From Campylobacterales bacterium (GTDB lineage Bacteria > Campylobacterota > Campylobacteria > Campylobacterales > Arcobacteraceae), in the NCBI GenBank assembly GCA_027064245.1, contig JAMOPZ010000424.1:1-32623 (forward strand): a DNA stretch of 32,623 nucleotides, in the 5' to 3' direction. Positions 18,550-27,991 of the stretch are shown one piece after another. Each line of letters opens with the position of its first letter. The stretch's first letter is position 1. Below the pieces are notes generated by a model. That model was not told the DNA's origin. It searched no databases and was given only the letters and a program-made list of their open reading frames with translations. A program made the position numbers and the translations under genes.

Positions 18550-20864
18550 GATAATATCTTCACCTGTTTATTTAGAGCATCGATACTTAGTACATTTGCT
18601 TTTTCATATAAAGAAAAGTTCTTTTCCCCACACCCTATAACTGCAGGTATTCCTAATTCTGCACATCGTATAGCCATATGAGAATTTGCTCCACCATAAC
18701 ATGTGATTAATCCAGCTATGTCTTTAGTAAATAGATAATCATATCCAGGGTCTGCTGATTTTATACATATAATTTTACTTTTTAAATTACTATTTACAAG
18801 ATTATCATTATCTACTACTTTAGATTGAATATTTTTAAGTGTTATAAAATTAGGTTCATTTTTTTCTAAATAAAATCTATAAATATCATCTTCTTCTAAA
18901 ATAAGAGTTGGTAACTTTATAACTTTGGTATATTGATAAAAAAGTTTATTTTTATCTATATCATTATTAAAAATATCTTTTACGTTTCTATGGTCAAGAG
19001 TAGCATAAAGGTTTAAAACTGTTTGGATATCTAAATATGCTAAATCATCTCTTGATATAGTATATTTATCTCCTAATTCTTCTACATATTGCAATATTTT
19101 ACTTAAGCTTTTTGTAAAAATAAATTTTAAATATTCACGTCCTTCAATAGCTTCGATAAGAAATAAAAGAAAATCCTCTACTTTAAAATTCAATTTACTT
19201 TCATTAAGTAGTTGTTCTATTTTATCTTTTTGCTCTGAAGAAAAATTAAAATTTTCACTCTTTATACTGCTATTGTTTGAGGAAAAATAATTTTCATAAT
19301 CCTCATCATATCTATAAGAACCTATATCATATGTTCCTGGTCGTAAATGACCATATAACTTTAAAAACTCTTCTTTAGTAAGTTTAGACTTATCTCTATT
19401 TAACTGCTTAGAGACTGTATTTAATGAGTTTAAAAAACTATCATATTCCGGAGTTGTTATCACTTTTGCATCATCTAATGAGTTTAAAAATTGTATAGCT
19501 ATAAATGCAGCTCTAGCAACTCCAGCAAATGGTAATGTTCCATATCGTTTACAATCTTCATTTAGCCAATAAATTTTGTCTATTAGAGGTAAAGATGAAT
19601 CAACTATTTTTTCATAATTTATTTTTAGTGTTTCTATCTTTAATATATCTTGTTTATATAACCCATCATTTATATTAATAACTTTATTGGTCAATTTTAA
19701 TAATGATATTTCTATCTCTTTTATCTCTTCTTCTGTAAAACCTCTACTTTGTAATACCTTTAGCTTATCTGATATACCAAAATAATAACAAGAATAGACA
19801 ATCTCAAACTCTACTTTATCATGATAGATAATATTATTTGACAACGCTTCAAGATAACAATCAACCAGCTTCAATGCAATATCTTCATTTAAATCTTTAG
19901 GTATAAAGGAGTTAAACGAAGCTCTTACATCTATAAATGGAATACCTGAAAGAGAGATTAAAAGAGGAACTGACCTTAAATTTCTATATCCATAATTATC
20001 TCTTTGATATGCCCATATTTCATCTGTAATCAACTCTTTATATAGTGATAATGCCAGTCTTTTTGGTTTAAGACCTATAATCTCCGCAGGATTCCAGTCT
20101 GGCATAACACCAAATATACTTTTTTTACCCAAAAGTTTTGGATGCTTTGCATTTAGTTTTTGAATTTTTCTATATATTTTATCTAAGCTATTTTTTAAAT
20201 CTACTTTACTTAAATCTATTTTATGTTTAGTTACTATTGCTCTTACTTGTAGTATGTAAAGTTTACCTTTACTAAAAGCAAATTCTATATCTAGATAGTT
20301 ATTATCAAAAATCTTCTCACACTCTTTTGATGCTTTTAACAAAAGTTTTAATTGTTTATCTTTTATATCTTTATAGTTTTTATATGCGATAAATGTTTGT
20401 AAATTATTACTAGTGCCACATGTTACCTTGATAGTAGATCCACTAGTATCATAATTAACTATATAGTATGGAGCTAAAGTATCCATATCAGCGGTAAAAA
20501 CCACTCCATTCATCGATACATCTTCTAACATGGATTGAATAAAAACTTCATCTTCTGTTAAAACTTTTTCATAAGAATCAATAACCTGTAATATTGCTAT
20601 ATTTATATTATTTTTATTCAACGCAACATCAAGAACACTATCAAATCCACCTGCATTTGATGTATTTAAATTATCCTCATTTTGTGATGATGATCTTACA
20701 ATCAGATTTGTATCAAATAGTTTTATACATTGATCTAAAATATCATCTTTTTTTAGTTTATACTCTATAGCCTTAAATCGTAAAAGAGGTAATACTTCTG
20801 CACTGCTAATTACCTCTTTTAAGTCTTGTAAAGTTTTTGCTTTTGAAGATAACCTTAGTTTCAT
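18546..20864 (-). CDS. L-glutamine kinase (Cj1418-like; PEP-utilising/PPDK-like swivelling His domain)
   Basis: SKAKTL, IVRSS..ED...SNAG, LDIEFA, LQVR, GVMPDWNPAEIIG, YGHLRPGTYDI, ADPGYD, GGANSHMAIR (phospho-His). Confidence 0.88.
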   Translation of the reverse strand: MKLRLSSKAKTLQDLKEVISSAEVLPLLRFKAIEYKLKKDDILDQCIKLFDTNLIVRSSSQNEDNLNTSNAGGFDSVLDVALNKNNINIAILQVIDSYEKVLTEDEVFIQSMLEDVSMNGVVFTADMDTLAPYYIVNYDTSGSTIKVTCGTSNNLQTFIAYKNYKDIKDKQLKLLLKASKECEKIFDNNYLDIEFAFSKGKLYILQVRAIVTKHKIDLSKVDLKNSLDKIYRKIQKLNAKHPKLLGKKSIFGVMPDWNPAEIIGLKPKRLALSLYKELITDEIWAYQRDNYGYRNLRSVPLLISLSGIPFIDVRASFNSFIPKDLNEDIALKLVDCYLEALSNNIIYHDKVEFEIVYSCYYFGISDKLKVLQSRGFTEEEIKEIEISLLKLTNKVININDGLYKQDILKIETLKINYEKIVDSSLPLIDKIYWLNEDCKRYGTLPFAGVARAAFIAIQFLNSLDDAKVITTPEYDSFLNSLNTVSKQLNRDKSKLTKEEFLKLYGHLRPGTYDIGSYRYDEDYENYFSSNNSSIKSENFNFSSEQKDKIEQLLNESKLNFKVEDFLLFLIEAIEGREYLKFIFTKSLSKILQYVEELGDKYTISRDDLAYLDIQTVLNLYATLDHRNVKDIFNNDIDKNKLFYQYTKVIKLPTLILEEDDIYRFYLEKNEPNFITLKNIQSKVVDNDNLVNSNLKSKIICIKSADPGYDYLFTKDIAGLITCYGGANSHMAIRCAELGIPAVIGCGEKNFSLYEKANVLSIDALNKQVKILS

Positions 20865-22150
20865 TATATTTTTTTAACTGTCCAAGCTCTAATTTTATAT
20901 GGGACATTAATAATATCTAAATCTCTGATTTCATCCTTAATCATATCAAGTATCTCTTGCCATCGTTTTGTTCCAGCTTGTGACTGAATATCATTTGTAG
21001 AATTCCATGCACCAAGGTATCGTTTAGTAGTCATCGACTCTTGATAATCTGTTTCCATAAAAATACAATCTTTAAAATTTTCAGTTGATACTAACACATA
21101 CTCCCACTCTTTTGTACTCTGAGTACCCGATGAAACTCTTTTTAATTCAGGCACTATTAATTTTATATTATTCTCTATTTTTGTATGAAATTTAGATATT
21201 TTTATATTTCTTGGATTCCAAATAGCAGTAAAGTATCCATCATCTTTTAAAATTCTTGCAAATTCAGGCAATGATTTTTTTGGATCAGTCCAGTGAAAAG
21301 ATGATGCCATGATAACCCAATCAGCAATATTTGATTCGATTGATGTGTCTTCACCACTTCCTTTTTTCCAAATTACATTATTAAATTCTTTAGTGAACTC
21401 TATCCCTTCTTTTCTCATAGCATCATTGGGTTCAACTGCAATAACATTCAAACCAATTTCAAGCAACATTTTTGTTAATTTTCCTGTTCCTGCTCCAACT
21501 TCAACCACTGTAAAAGCATCTTTTTTCTTATCATAATCCATTGTGTTTAAAATTGTATTTAATAAAACTTCACTATAAGCAGGTCTATTGATATATTGTT
21601 TTGCTAGTTGTGTAAAATCTCCTTGCTTCATGATTCTTTCCCCCTTCTCTATTAAATCTAAAATTTGCCCTACTTTGTCTTCTAGCTTATTTTGTTTACT
21701 ATTATCTATACTTAAGTTACAAAAAGCTGGTCTATCATAAGGTAAATCAACTCCAACAACATTTTTTATTTTACCTTTTACTGCTTTTGAGTATAGACTT
21801 TTTTGATCTCTTCTGATTAATTCATCAATATCACACTCAATAAAAACTTCAATATAATTCTCTATATTTTCACGATTTAATTTATATACTTCTTTATATA
21901 AGGACATAGTAGCACATACTACATTGATCTCTTGTGAAACTAAAAACTCACACATTCTAGATATTCTTTTCGCATTTTCAAGTCGATCTTGTGGGCTATG
22001 ACCTAAATCATTTCCCAAAATTTGACGAAAGCTATCTCCATCTAAAAAAACTGTATTAATGTATTTTACTTTTAATCTTTCATACACTTTATTGCCTATC
22101 GTCGTTTTTCCACTTCCACTAAGTCCTGTTATCCAGATTAGTTTAGACAT
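20864..22150 (-). CDS. Fusion: cytidine diphosphoramidate kinase (Cj1415-like, APS-kinase fold) + class I SAM methyltransferase (Cj1419/Cj1420-like)
   Basis: N-terminal WITGLSGSGKTT, LDGD, RDQKSLY, NVVGVD; from internal Met at 21631 MKQGDFT..Y.NRPAYS, EVGAGTGK, EPNDAM, MASSFHW. Confidence 0.85.
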   Translation of the reverse strand: MSKLIWITGLSGSGKTTIGNKVYERLKVKYINTVFLDGDSFRQILGNDLGHSPQDRLENAKRISRMCEFLVSQEINVVCATMSLYKEVYKLNRENIENYIEVFIECDIDELIRRDQKSLYSKAVKGKIKNVVGVDLPYDRPAFCNLSIDNSKQNKLEDKVGQILDLIEKGERIMKQGDFTQLAKQYINRPAYSEVLLNTILNTMDYDKKKDAFTVVEVGAGTGKLTKMLLEIGLNVIAVEPNDAMRKEGIEFTKEFNNVIWKKGSGEDTSIESNIADWVIMASSFHWTDPKKSLPEFARILKDDGYFTAIWNPRNIKISKFHTKIENNIKLIVPELKRVSSGTQSTKEWEYVLVSTENFKDCIFMETDYQESMTTKRYLGAWNSTNDIQSQAGTKRWQEILDMIKDEIRDLDIINVPYKIRAWTVKKI

Positions 22151-23301
22151 ATTTTATCCTTAAAGTATTCAAATAATTTGTACCTATAGTATGGATATTT
22201 CCTTAAAAATAGAAGATTTTTACTAATCTTTTTTCTTTGAATAAATCTTTTAAAAGTCTCAAAAACTATTTTCATATAAGCATTTCTTTCATCTTTTATA
22301 AACCCTATATTTCTATAACGACTATCAAAATTCTGCACATCTTCGTATCCAAACTTTACTATGTATTGTTTAAAATAGCTTTGCGCAATCTTTTTATAAT
22401 CATCTTCCAAATTATCCTGCCACTTTAAAATTGCCATTTTTTCATTTGTTCCATTAATAGGCTTTGAGGGGTTATTTCCCCACCATAGTTTTCCACCTAT
22501 TGTACTAATGAGTAATTCATCATTATATGTTATATTTAAAAACTTTGCAAGCTCTATCATTGTAGCTTTTGTATTTTGATGCATTTTTTCATAATGTATA
22601 AATTTATATTTTTCTTTTAATAAAAATTTCTTTTCTAAAGCATCACAACTTGAAAAATTTAAAGAGTATATAGTATTGTAAAATGCTTTTATATCTAATA
22701 TTTCATTATCTATAATCGAATTAATTCTGGAATGGAATACTTCATAAGGATGTCTTATTGTCTGCATTATTTTTACATTAGGAAAGTCTGCCAGTGCATT
22801 AGTAAATAAATCTTTACCTTTAAAGTCTATAGTAAAGTTATTTGTAAAAAAATTATATGCATTACCATTTATTGGAAAATGATGGTGAAGGACTAAGACA
22901 GTTTTGGTATTTAAATTAATATTATGCACATTCGCATATACTTCATGAAATAATAATAGAAATTCTTTTCTATTTATTGTAGAAGTATCTGAAACTACTT
23001 CTAATAATTTTTCATATATATTGTCTCGTTTTAAATCAAATATTTCATTCTTATCTATCCCTAAACCATCTAAATACCAATCGAGAGAGAAAGAACTATT
23101 ATATATAAATTCGTAAATTAACTTATGCGGATTATTTGCATGTTTTGATAGCTTAAACTCCCAATCAAAATAGTACCAAATTATTGTAGGTATCATCAAA
23201 ATTTCTTCATTTTCATCGAGTAAAGATTGTAGTAGGTTGGATCCACTTCTACCTAAAGTGTAAAGGAATACCACTTGAATATCTTTATTTAATTTAAGCA
23301 T
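22138..23301 (-). CDS. Sulfotransferase-fold protein (candidate phosphoramidate or sulfate transferase)
   Basis: 5'-PSB-like GRSGSNLLQSLLD, 3'-PB-like IRHPYEVFHS, IHYE...LAKFLNI, KW..L. Start moved to ATG 23301 behind AGGAGG. Confidence 0.7.
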   Translation of the reverse strand: MLKLNKDIQVVFLYTLGRSGSNLLQSLLDENEEILMIPTIIWYYFDWEFKLSKHANNPHKLIYEFIYNSSFSLDWYLDGLGIDKNEIFDLKRDNIYEKLLEVVSDTSTINRKEFLLLFHEVYANVHNINLNTKTVLVLHHHFPINGNAYNFFTNNFTIDFKGKDLFTNALADFPNVKIMQTIRHPYEVFHSRINSIIDNEILDIKAFYNTIYSLNFSSCDALEKKFLLKEKYKFIHYEKMHQNTKATMIELAKFLNITYNDELLISTIGGKLWWGNNPSKPINGTNEKMAILKWQDNLEDDYKKIAQSYFKQYIVKFGYEDVQNFDSRYRNIGFIKDERNAYMKIVFETFKRFIQRKKISKNLLFLRKYPYYRYKLFEYFKDKICLN

Positions 23302-23311
23302 ATCTCCTCCT

Positions 23312-25930
23312 CTAAGACAAATCAAATGTCAATATTCTATTTAAGTCGATATTAACTGTATCTACTAAATAATTTGATATTTCTTCTTCTCTTCCCAAAA
23401 CTGTAATTAATACTCTATCAAATTTTATTTGAGCTAACTCTTGAGGATCTTTAATAGTTTTAGTATAAAACATTTGGTTAATCTTATCTTCATTAATATC
23501 TACAACACAACATACATTATCAAGACTATTAAAAATCAACTCAGATACTACACCCGCACCATATAAAACTATACTATCATATTTTTTAAAAGAATTAAGC
23601 TGTGTACTCATTTTATTCATTTTTATCGAAAACAATTTATTATTTTTAGATAATAAATTGTTTTTTGTAGTAGAATTTTTCTTAGCTGAGATTAATATAA
23701 CTTTTAAATCATTATCATATATTAAATTATTTATATAATCGTGATCATCAATATTTTCAAAATATTTTTTATTCTCCAGCCACATTAAAAGTTCTAAATC
23801 TTTTCTATGCTTTACTATATTAGTTTTCACATAACTATACATATACCCAGGGAATGATATAGCATTAATATTTACATCTTTTATATTTTTGATTATGTCC
23901 ACTAAAATCTTATTATCTTTCATCTCTTCATTTGTTAAATACGGCAAATAGTAAGAAACATAAAAAGTATCATGTAAGAAATGCAAAGAGTTGTAATCAC
24001 TACTTTCTAAAATAATATTACCTTTATTAACATTATATTTAGCAATCAATAAAATTAAATTATTTTTTATATCTATACAGTTGTTTTTGTTTAAATTTTT
24101 AAAATCTAACCAAATATGCATTTCTTTGCTAAGTGATGAAAAATACTCATCAATGGTTAAAGATGGCACTTCATTACTATTATGTTTAATTTTAAAAATT
24201 TTATCTTCATAAAAGACATCTATCTCTACACCATGAAACATCTCTTTTGATTTTTCTAATTTAGCTAAAGAATTTGTTCTATGAAGCCAAAGCTTTTTAG
24301 ACAACTTAAAGTTTGATTGGCTCTTTAAATCCTGCTCATAATTAAAATTTAAAAACTTTCTATTACTATTTGTATTCATTTTTTCTAATAAACAATTATC
24401 TTTTTCAAAATCCATACAAGTAATATTTGTAATCTTTAATAAAAAGTGTATTAAATAATCAGATATAAATGGTTTATCTGTACTTGAAGATATTTGTTCA
24501 ACAAGTATACTGTTTTCATTTTTATATTGTTGTGACACCTGTAATATAAAAGGTATTTCAGCCATATATCGGCTTCCTTGTTCTTGATTATGTCCAAAGT
24601 AGTCTCGTTCATCATAAACTTCCTCTCCATGATCTGAAATATATAAGGCTATTGAACTATCTTTGTTGAATAAGCTGAATATTTTACTTACTATATAATC
24701 ATTATATAAAATACTATTGTCATACTCATTATAAGTAGCAACTTTTTCATCTTTTAAAAAAGATAATTTTTGACTTTTTTTCATTATAAAATCATCATCT
24801 GTAAAATATTGAAAAGTCTCTGGATACCTCTTGGCATAATTAAAATGATTACCTAGTAAATGTACTACTATTAGCTTTTTACCACTTTCCTGTTCTACAT
24901 CTTCTAAAATTGGTAATAGTTGTTCATCATAAGTATTTATCTTTCCAAAATCAGTCTCTTCTGTACTAAAATATTTGTAATCACACAAAGAAGACAATGC
25001 ATTTGAAATATTTCCACCATTTATTCCTGATTTTTCTTGATTTGATACCCAGTATGTTTTATATTTTAATGCTTTATAAATGCCTATTAAACTTAAATAC
25101 TCATTCCAATCTTTATCTGAGGAAGAATCAAAAAATGTCATGATTTTTGGTAATACTAATCTTGTATATGAATTTGTAGAGATTACATCATCATAAACAT
25201 ATAGGTTAAATTCTTGTTGTAATAAATCTAAATTTGGTGTAGTTTTTCTTTTATATCCATAAAGAGACATTCTGTTTCTATTTAAAGACTCTCCAATAAT
25301 CAAAATTACTGTTTCTACTTCAGGGCCAATACTTTTAATTTTTTGAGAACTATAATTGAAGTCTTGTTTTGCATAGTTACTAATATTTTTTCTTTGTTGA
25401 ACAGATAGATATATCATAGTAATTAATTTTATAAAAGTATTATCCAATAAAGTATCTACTCTCTTTGTATTCAAAACTAAAAAAACAAATCCTATAGATA
25501 TTGTAATTAATGATAAGAGTTTTAAATTTAAACTATTTAATAATATAAAAGGTAGTAGTATTAAGATAATGATATATATAAGATTTCTATTTACAAATAA
25601 TTCTATAAATTCGTTTACTTCTCTTTTATTGGTATCTAAAATACTATTAAGAGTACTTTTTTCATAAACTACTTTATAATTAAATACATAAAATAATTCT
25701 AAAAATACACTTACTAATAAGACTACTAAAATACTATATTCTAAAGTTATACTTATATATATGTTAAAATAATTTTTGCTAACTATACTCATAAACACTA
25801 GTATAAATGCAATACTATTAGCCCCTAAAAATGATTTATATATCAGAGAATAATTATCTAAAGCAAGTATAACATAAGGTAAAATCAGTAAATATATATA
25901 TATTAAATACCACTCACTATAACTTATCAA
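23312..25930 (-). CDS. Phosphoethanolamine transferase (EptA/CptA-like) fused to a GDPD/PLC-like domain and LGRE module
   Basis: About five N-terminal hydrophobic helices with TN..E..EF loop; IIGES, T nucleophile region, SNQ, HLLGNH, YDNSILYND, SDHGE, GH; then WLHRTN..GVEID..H..WLDFK; then YGAG..TVLGRE. Confidence 0.78.
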   Translation of the reverse strand: MISYSEWYLIYIYLLILPYVILALDNYSLIYKSFLGANSIAFILVFMSIVSKNYFNIYISITLEYSILVVLLVSVFLELFYVFNYKVVYEKSTLNSILDTNKREVNEFIELFVNRNLIYIIILILLPFILLNSLNLKLLSLITISIGFVFLVLNTKRVDTLLDNTFIKLITMIYLSVQQRKNISNYAKQDFNYSSQKIKSIGPEVETVILIIGESLNRNRMSLYGYKRKTTPNLDLLQQEFNLYVYDDVISTNSYTRLVLPKIMTFFDSSSDKDWNEYLSLIGIYKALKYKTYWVSNQEKSGINGGNISNALSSLCDYKYFSTEETDFGKINTYDEQLLPILEDVEQESGKKLIVVHLLGNHFNYAKRYPETFQYFTDDDFIMKKSQKLSFLKDEKVATYNEYDNSILYNDYIVSKIFSLFNKDSSIALYISDHGEEVYDERDYFGHNQEQGSRYMAEIPFILQVSQQYKNENSILVEQISSSTDKPFISDYLIHFLLKITNITCMDFEKDNCLLEKMNTNSNRKFLNFNYEQDLKSQSNFKLSKKLWLHRTNSLAKLEKSKEMFHGVEIDVFYEDKIFKIKHNSNEVPSLTIDEYFSSLSKEMHIWLDFKNLNKNNCIDIKNNLILLIAKYNVNKGNIILESSDYNSLHFLHDTFYVSYYLPYLTNEEMKDNKILVDIIKNIKDVNINAISFPGYMYSYVKTNIVKHRKDLELLMWLENKKYFENIDDHDYINNLIYDNDLKVILISAKKNSTTKNNLLSKNNKLFSIKMNKMSTQLNSFKKYDSIVLYGAGVVSELIFNSLDNVCCVVDINEDKINQMFYTKTIKDPQELAQIKFDRVLITVLGREEEISNYLVDTVNIDLNRILTFDLS

Positions 25931-27015
25931 TCTCCAACCTTTTGATCTCTGTTAATATAGTTTTCTATCCATATCTCTCTATCTCCTACAAATGCTTGTT
26001 CATCTGCAACAGCTTTTCTTGGATAGTAACACGCTCTACACACATCAATTTTCTTAAAGCCATCATATTCATTATGAAGCTCTCTAATTTTATTTAATTT
26101 ATCCCCATGCCAAATATCATAAATAGTTTCTTCATATGCATTACCTATTATCTTCTCTCCATCTTCATCATTACTGCACATCATAACTTTTCCATCACTT
26201 CCAACTACAACTCTTTGATATAACTGAGAACATGAAAAATTCTCTTCATATACTATCTCACTATCTTTTCTTAAATAATCAATCAATGGATTATAAGCAA
26301 CTAAATCAACAAGAGGAGCTATAGTTTCATAATATTTTGTAGGATTTACTCTTATTGCTGGCCAAATACCTTGAACTTTTATTATAGGTTTTACTAAATT
26401 ATTCTTATCTTTATATTGTTTTATATCTTGCAGTCTTTTCAGTGTATCAGTAAATTTAAGAGGCTTTCTTATTTTATCATATTGCTCGTCAACTCCATCA
26501 ATAGATATGGTAATCCAATCAATTTTAGAATCAGAGAGTTGTTTAAAAAAATCTAAACTTAGAGTGCCTCCATGTGTTAGTGTAGAGACCTCTTTTATAC
26601 CCTTTTTCTTAGCATATTCAACACATCTTATAAAATCTTTATGGAGTGTTGCTTCACCTCTTAAACTCAACCTCAAAGCATATACTTTACCAGCTATCTC
26701 ATCTACTATCTTTTTAAAGAGTGCAAAGTCCATAAATCCTTTTCTAACTTTCCTTTTAAAGTCATCAGTTATTGTATAACACATAGGACATTTAAGATTA
26801 CATACTGATGCTAACTCTAAATCCACTAATAGAGGATATTCTCGTATTTTTTTAGATTGTGGTAATTCTGACCACAATAGTCTATACTCTTGATAATTAT
26901 TATCTTGCCAGTCATATGCCATTTTTATTTGAAATGAATCAATTCGTTTCTGAGTATCTAATGTAAAATGTCCTTTATTAATAGGAATATTTTGTTTTGT
27001 TTTATTACTCTTCAC
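25927..27015 (-). CDS. Radical SAM protein with SPASM/twitch domain
   Basis: CNLKCPMC (CxxxCxxC), RGEA, ISIDG; C-terminal CSQ...MCSND...IGN...IW...CRAC. GTG start. Confidence 0.88.
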   Translation of the reverse strand: MKSNKTKQNIPINKGHFTLDTQKRIDSFQIKMAYDWQDNNYQEYRLLWSELPQSKKIREYPLLVDLELASVCNLKCPMCYTITDDFKRKVRKGFMDFALFKKIVDEIAGKVYALRLSLRGEATLHKDFIRCVEYAKKKGIKEVSTLTHGGTLSLDFFKQLSDSKIDWITISIDGVDEQYDKIRKPLKFTDTLKRLQDIKQYKDKNNLVKPIIKVQGIWPAIRVNPTKYYETIAPLVDLVAYNPLIDYLRKDSEIVYEENFSCSQLYQRVVVGSDGKVMMCSNDEDGEKIIGNAYEETIYDIWHGDKLNKIRELHNEYDGFKKIDVCRACYYPRKAVADEQAFVGDREIWIENYINRDQKVGD

Positions 27016-27991
27016 AATAAGCCTTCTTTATATGATAATAAGTTTTTAAATTACCACCAAAGCTCAACTTAAACCAACCTCTCTGCGGGCTATTAACACC
27101 CTCCATATCTACTGTTATTACTCCATTATGTGCTAAATCAATAAAAGCATCCCAGAATGATATAGTACCTCTATAACGTTCACTAGCGTCTGGATTTGGT
27201 GCACCAAATAGATAATATGCCCTAAACTTATCCCAAGCAAATATTGTAATATACTGTATCTCATTTTGAGAATTTTTTGATACATATATTTTTGCTTTTT
27301 TCTTATTAACAAGTGTAGTAATTAAATTCTTTATATTAGATAATTTTTCCATAGAAACAATTTGGTCTTGTTTGAGCATTAATTTTTTATAATAAAGTAT
27401 AAAGAGCTCAACTTCATTAGTAACTATTGTATATGCCTCTTTTTTTCTTGCCTCTCTTATATTTCTTTTACGGAGTGTTTCAAGATTTTTAAATATCTCA
27501 CTATCTTCTTCATTAATAAAATTAGATAAACTACTAATATCTAAATAGGATGTATATCTAATAGAAACACTATATTTATCACTATCTTTGCTAGAATGAT
27601 AGTTATGCCATAAAAAAGCTCTAATATCATCTACGTATGGAGAGAGTACAAACTCTATATGTTCATATAACTTATCTAACTCTTCTATAATAAAATTACT
27701 TATTTCAAAACGTTCTAAAGTTACTTTACTACTTTTTTGAGCACTTCCATCTTCAAATAATATTCCAGAATATATAACTAAATCATCCACTTTTAGATTT
27801 TTTTCATCTTTAAGTATTACTACTAAACCCGCTTTAATATAGTCACCTTTTTTAACTAAATATAGCTTATACTTTCCACCAAAACTATTTAAATAGATAC
27901 TATCATTAAACAATGAGTACTCTTTAGAGGTTTGACTAAACTTACCCCAAATTAATGTATCATTAAGCTCTTGAAATATATATTTACCCAA
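27005..27991 (-). CDS. GNAT/FemAB-like acyltransferase
   Basis: YSG, RYTSYLD, RKRNIREARK, AYYLFGA, VDMEGVNSP....FKLSFGG; TTG start. Confidence 0.72.
   Translation of the reverse strand: MGKYIFQELNDTLIWGKFSQTSKEYSLFNDSIYLNSFGGKYKLYLVKKGDYIKAGLVVILKDEKNLKVDDLVIYSGILFEDGSAQKSSKVTLERFEISNFIIEELDKLYEHIEFVLSPYVDDIRAFLWHNYHSSKDSDKYSVSIRYTSYLDISSLSNFINEEDSEIFKNLETLRKRNIREARKKEAYTIVTNEVELFILYYKKLMLKQDQIVSMEKLSNIKNLITTLVNKKKAKIYVSKNSQNEIQYITIFAWDKFRAYYLFGAPNPDASERYRGTISFWDAFIDLAHNGVITVDMEGVNSPQRGWFKLSFGGNLKTYYHIKKAYCEE

Noticed and set aside
18546-20864. PEP synthase / pyruvate phosphate dikinase
   Set aside because: It lacks the C-terminal PEP/pyruvate-binding barrel; the His domain is C-terminal and the context matches glutamine kinase.
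21632-22150. Housekeeping sulfate-assimilation cysC
   Set aside because: It has the Cj1415-like NVVGVD motif, is fused to a MeOPN-type methylase, and has no cysDN/cysH nearby in the window. A sulfation role is not fully excluded.
2734-26779. Short opposite-strand ORFs in the track (2734-2925, 3047-3391, 3655-3894, 6137-6358, 10821-11018, 18454-18681, 21309-21536, 22237-22428, 26507-26779)
   Set aside because: All lie antisense to well-supported genes and show no recognisable motifs; treated as shadow ORFs.
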